Below are positions 58,128 through 64,000 of a DNA stretch of 64,000 nucleotides, one piece after another (position 1 is the stretch's first letter; each line of letters starts with the position of its first letter). The notes under the pieces are model-generated. The model had not been told where the DNA came from. It saw only the letters and a program-made list of their open reading frames with translations, and did no database searches. The stretch covers positions 12,152,001 through 12,216,000 of the forward strand of contig CM022667.1 of assembly GCA_012295275.1 (NCBI GenBank). The letters are read 5' to 3'. This DNA comes from Chrysomallon squamiferum (taxonomy: Eukaryota; Animalia; Mollusca). Made by a program: the position numbers and the translations under genes.

Positions 58128-59468
58128 CCATCTATCTATCTATCTCATTCTCTCTTTTTTCTTACGGTTACATCTTTACTCACTCGTAGAATTTACATTT
58201 ACATTAATATCTCTTTATCTTCAATAATAACGAAGAGAAAAAAAATCCAAAGAGGTAACTTAACAACAATTGTGACTTTCTCCTCTTTTTTTTTTTTTTT
58301 TTTTTATCGAGCAATCACTCCAACCGGAATTTATAAACCTAAGAGGACACAGAACACGAACTGGTTAGATCTGATTTTTAAAAAAGTTCAGTTCGGATTG
58401 GTCATGTCTTATCTACAAGTGAGTACACGACACGTGTCCAGTGTCCAGTTTGATTAGCCGAAGTTCGGTCTAAAGCCTTATCTCGAGTTCGATCACTTAG
58501 CGTTGTCGACGGCGGAGAAATGAAACAGTTGTGAACGACAATTAGAGATAACGTCTCTGAATTAGGACACAAATGCATGAATGTAGATTTTTAAAATAAG
58601 AAAAACGAGAAATTTCTGAATAACACATTTTCATCCAGATAAAGTCCCCAAAACACACGTTGTACGTCAGAATTGGTTTGGGGGTGGGGGATAAAGAAAA
58701 AGAAAAAAATAAAAATAAAGTAAAGATAAATGTTGCGGTTTTATGTTTCTGCAAGTGAATTGCAAAATATAAGCGCGCGCGCACACACACATACAAAGAA
58801 CACACACATATGTGTATGTATGTATGATAATATATAGAGCAGAGAGAGAGAGATAAGACAGAGAAAAGTAAAAAAAGGAAAAGAATATATAACATACAGA
58901 AGGAAAATATCAATAGTAATCAAAACAGTGAGAAAATATAAAATCAGTAATTACTAATACTAATAATAATATTAAAACAATTATTAAACTACTTGCTATT
59001 CGAAATAAAAATGTATGTATATATATATTTTATATTTTATATTTATAAAAAAATAAATTATGTTTATATGAGTACATACAGATACACATTCACATATATA
59101 AAATTACACATAAACATAAAAATATAATAGAAAACACACATAAAAGGAATAAGATTAAGTTTATAAAATAAACAACCAAGCAAACAAAACAAATGAACAA
59201 CCACCCAACAAGCTAAGTAAGTATATAACTAAATAAACAAATCGAAGAAACTGACAAACACTAAAATAAATCACATTAAACAGAGGTGTGTGTATCTGCA
59301 TGTTTGAAATAGATAAAAACAAATCTAAGTTATCTTGGAATCACGAGTTCAAAGTCGCACACATAGTTTGTCTGATTTGATAAGATTAAATAATAATAGG
59401 CCAAGAACATCAGGGTTGTCCGTAAACTATAACTAAACTGATATAGCTTTATTATTATTATTATTATC

Positions 59469-59540
<72 letters not shown>

Positions 59541-59950
59541 AATAAAATCTCTGTGACATGATTAAAATTACTGGTCCTATTATGACTAAATTACTACTGT
59601 TTTTTTTTACTATTACTGGTCCTACTACTACTACAACTACTACTACTACTACTGCTACTGCTACAACTACTACTACTTCTACTGATTTTACTGTTACTAC
59701 TACTACTACTACTACTACTGAAACTACTATTATTACTGCAGCTATAACTATTACATATAAAAAATGATATGATGATGATGATGGTGATGATGATGATGAT
59801 GTTAATGATGAAGATTGTCATGGGTGTACCTGTTGCTACTACTGTGATACTATGACTTTTATTACTACAACAACAGCTGCTACTACTTCTACCACATCTA
59901 ATGTTGAATATGACGATGATGATAATTACTAGGATCACAATACATGTGAT

Positions 59951-59996
<46 letters not shown>

Positions 59997-60920
59997 TTTT
60001 TTTCTTGTTATAAAGATTCTGTAAATGTACTAACAATGTATAAAAATATTCATATATTTACCAGCTAGTTTATCTATCTATCTATCTGTATATCTGTCTC
60101 TGTCTATCTGTCTGTCTCTCTCTAACTGTCTGTCTTTCTGTCTGTCTATTTGTCTGTATATCTGTCTATTTGTCTGTCTATCTATTTATCTATGCAACTA
60201 TCAATTTGATTGTTTTTTTATTCATTATTTCTTTGTTTGCTATTTATTACATATTTAATTTTTAATACTATATTATAGTGTTTTCATTGTTTATTTTCTT
60301 TCTTTCTTATTTTTTTTTCTTGTCTTTTAACTGATTTATGTGTTTTTATTTTTACGATTTTATTTTTATTTTTATTTTTTATTTTTATTTTATGTGAAAT
60401 ATTTATCAAAAGAAATACAACACCAACTATTAATTACGCCAAATATTGTGCAATTGCTGCCAAGTCCGTTTTTAACTAATCAATAGCCTTTGTGCTTTTG
60501 TGTACAGCAGATCTTCATGTATAATCATTTCAAAAAGTAATTAATTATAACTTGCCCGGATTCAGTTTCTGATTCAACCTTTTATGTTATGCCAATATCA
60601 ATATATTCTTTTTTTTAAATTTTAGAAGAAGGATTATTTATTTTATTTTATTTTATCTGTCTTAGATTTTAATAATTTTTATTACGTATTTCATATTATA
60701 CATTTCATTTCAATCAGCGTTTGATAAGTGAGTTCAAAATTTCAAATATTTTATATTTCTACTTTATTTTTATTTATTTATTTATTTATTCATTCATTTC
60801 ATTCATTTATTAATGAACTGATTAATTAATTATTATTGTTATTGTTGTTGTTATTATTACTATTATTATTACTGTTGTTGTTATTGTTATCATTTTTATT
60901 ATCATTATTGTTATTAATAC

Positions 60921-60953
<33 letters not shown>

Positions 60954-61337
60954 GTACATAGATAGGTATAAAATTGTATTAATAAATAAATAAATTTTGT
61001 TAATAGCATTTCTAGCTATATATGCATAATGAAATTAAATATTTAATTTATTTAGTTATTTTTTTTAATTTAAAAAATGTAAAGAGACAGATTAATTAAA
61101 TATAAAAATATATAAAATTTATTTAAATATAATTAATTAAATAAACAAACCATAATCAGATATACAAACAAACAAACAAACAAACAAACAAACAAACAAA
61201 CAAACAAATAAATAAATAAATAAAATAAAATAAAATAAATAAATAAATAAATAAATAAAATAAAATAAAATAAATAACTAAAATACATTCTACATAATTA
61301 GCATAAAAGGTGGATGATTTTTCTAAACGTACGCAAT

Positions 61338-61387
<50 letters not shown>

Positions 61388-61770
61388 ACGTGAAAAATCA
61401 ATAAGATCGATTTTGGTGTCATATTTCACGCATATTCAATCAATTCATTATTCCCTTTTTGTTATTAATCCGTGGTCGATTGTTTCCGGATTTAGCCGAA
61501 TCACTCGGCAAAATTCGGATCAATCGGTGAAATTCGGTACACATGCTTTCAAGTTTTCGCCAAGCTTAGCGAAATAGCTCTTTACATTTATTGAATTTAA
61601 TTAACTCCAAATGTGAACTATGGACATATAGTATTTCCAAAACTTGTTTTTATTTTGAGGAACAAAGGCTGTTGTTGTTGCTGCTTATGTCAAAACAACT
61701 GTAGTCGTCGTTTAAATATGGTGTAGCTATTACTGGTTTTGTTTCGGGTATGTTGTTATGTGGAAATACT

Positions 61771-61804
<34 letters not shown>

Positions 61805-61913
61805 GTTGTTGTTGTTGTTGTAGTAATTGTTGTCGTTGTTATATAATACTAATATTAATAATAACAACAACGACAAAAATAATAACATTAATAATAACAA
61901 CAGCAATAACAAC

Positions 61914-61960
<47 letters not shown>

Positions 61961-62138
61961 GCACCAAAATCATGATATCATGGTCATCATCATTAGTGTA
62001 GCTAGAGTAGTAGCTGTTGTTGTTGTAGTAGTAGTAGCAACAACGTGATGAACATGATTTTCATTTTCAACAGTGTTGTCATCATCATTTACATCTTCAT
62101 CATCTTCGTCGTTATTATTAGTGTTGTTATTATGGTTG

Positions 62139-62195
<57 letters not shown>

Positions 62196-62246
62196 TATTA
62201 CTGTCATTATTATTATATCATTATTATTATTATTACTATTATATTG

Positions 62247-62293
<47 letters not shown>

Positions 62294-62888
62294 TATATAT
62301 TTTTTATTTTATTTATTAGTAGTAGTAGTAATACTAGTCCTAGCAGTTGTAGTAGTAGTAGTAGCAGTGGTAGTAGCAGTAGCAGTAATTTAAACGTTTT
62401 TATTAGGTTTTGTACTAATTAACGAGACGTAATATAAATGAAAACAAGCAGATGAAAAGATAAATGAGAATGTAACAGATGTGTTGAATGATATCAACTC
62501 TTTTGTCTGAAAAAAATTACTAATGTATGTATGTATGTATGTATATATATATACAAATAAACACACATTAACACACATACACACACACACACAGAGACAC
62601 ACACACACACACATATATATATATGAAAGTTTGTATGAACGTATGTAGTAGGTATGTGTGTAATAATGAATGTAGTTTAAATGTTTAGATATATATATAT
62701 ATGCATATGTCAAATGTATGTATGTATCCGTGTATATGCATGTATATATGTATGTACATATGTAGGTATGTATATTTATGTATTATATAGGTATGTATGT
62801 TTGTATGAATGAATGTAGTAATGGATGGAACAAAAAATAAATCATTTAAATTGAGTACTATATATGGAACAAAAAATAAATCATTTAA

Positions 62889-62932
<44 letters not shown>

Positions 62933-63206
62933 ATGTATATGTATATTTATATGTCTCTATGTGTATGTCTCTCTGTGTGTGTGTGTCTATTTCTGTGTAT
63001 ATGATATAAATATAGATACATCAGTAATAATGTTTGTATTTATCAGTTGCATTCGACTGTTTATCTAATCATTTATTAGTCTTTCTGCAAATCCACACCT
63101 CTTAAATAATACGAAAACATTTTCTAAATATCATTTATATTTATTCACATCATTCGTATTTGGACAAAAATGAATCGTGTAAAAAATTATGAATAAATTA
63201 ATTTAC

Positions 63207-63269
63207 CTGTGACGTTGGCAAGGGAGGCGGTGTCGTCGTATAGGTGTATCCGATCGTATGAAGCGACAT
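63207..63269 (-). CDS. Irx: Irx coding exon 1 (MSLHTIGYTYTTTPPPLPTSQ)
   Basis: ATG in gcaacgATGT context with an in-frame TAA at 63285-63287 upstream. Ends CAG|gtaaat in phase 0. Resembles the short MS..GY.Y...SQ first exon of Irx genes. Confidence 0.85.
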
Positions 63270-63799
63270 CGTTGCGATAGTTAATTAAAATGCACCACGA
63301 ATTGAAAATAACAACAAAAACCGGCTGTCAGTTTTAAATATTTCGTCCCCGGCTATCCGCATTTACAATTCGGATGGCCCATCTGCTTAGACCTATCGTT
63401 CGGCAACCTGTCACAGGCACGTCCGGTTTCGAAACGGGGTAAAAATGTAACTCTCGTAATAACTGAATAACAAATCTGGTAACAACCGTCGCAGACAAGG
63501 AACGAATAATGAATAAATAAAATTAAAAAAATTAAATAAAAAATTAACGAAGATGTTGCGTTAATCCACAGAAGTTAAGAAGCCCGGATTATGGATTATC
63601 CCGTTTATCCTCAACGTTCTGCTCCTCCTCCTTGTGCACCCGAAACCCTCTGCTTTTTCACCGAGACGCGTTTGTGCAGTAGGTAAGATCGTATCTTATC
63701 GAAAATTGCCGACCTAAGGGTCTGGAAGAGTCACGAGAAAGCATAATTGACACGGTATATCTTGACAGCCGTTATTGTGACTTTTGCGCCGTCTCTCGC

Positions 63800-63930
63800 T
63801 TTCCATTGGCCACCGCAGTTTCACCGAGGGCAAAAGTAGACGGCGAAGACTGGAAACCTGTAACGCAATACTAATGAATCTTGAAGGAAGCCGGCTGTAA
63901 GCCACGCCCACCTTCGGTTTGATTGGCAGC
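63800..63930 (-). promoter_or_regulatory. Probable Irx proximal promoter: two CCAAT boxes and an Sp/KLF box
   Basis: Minus-strand GCCAATG (core 63805-63809) and GCCAATC (core 63922-63926), plus CCACGCCC at 63902-63909. They lie in a CpG-containing block 530-660 nt upstream of the ATG. The TSS cannot be determined. Confidence 0.5.
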
Positions 63931-64000
63931 TCTTTCCTTGAGACCTTTTTTTTCTCTTCTCTTCTCTTTTTTTTTTTTCTCGTTCTTTTTTTCTTCTTCT

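Overview
This is AT-rich, microsatellite-dense animal genomic DNA, probably from a lophotrochozoan or mollusc (inference only). It holds one recognisable protein-coding gene, an Iroquois (Irx) TALE-class homeobox gene on the minus strand. I reconstructed five phase-compatible GT-AG exons by hand: 63207-63269, 54176-54412, 46134-46243, 43738-44117 and 33991-34612. Exons 1 and 3 are absent from the ORF track. Two oddities stand out. First, the IRO box (PKIWSLARVATS) is one base out of frame with the rest of the last exon. Second, the 3' splice site and first codons of exon 3 are amplified into a degenerating minisatellite, giving an array of decoy acceptors that would be non-productive. The ~33 kb downstream has no credible coding exon. 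It consists of CpG-containing islands with transcription-factor motifs separated by simple repeats, like an Irx regulatory landscape. Almost all other listed ORFs are simple-repeat artefacts.
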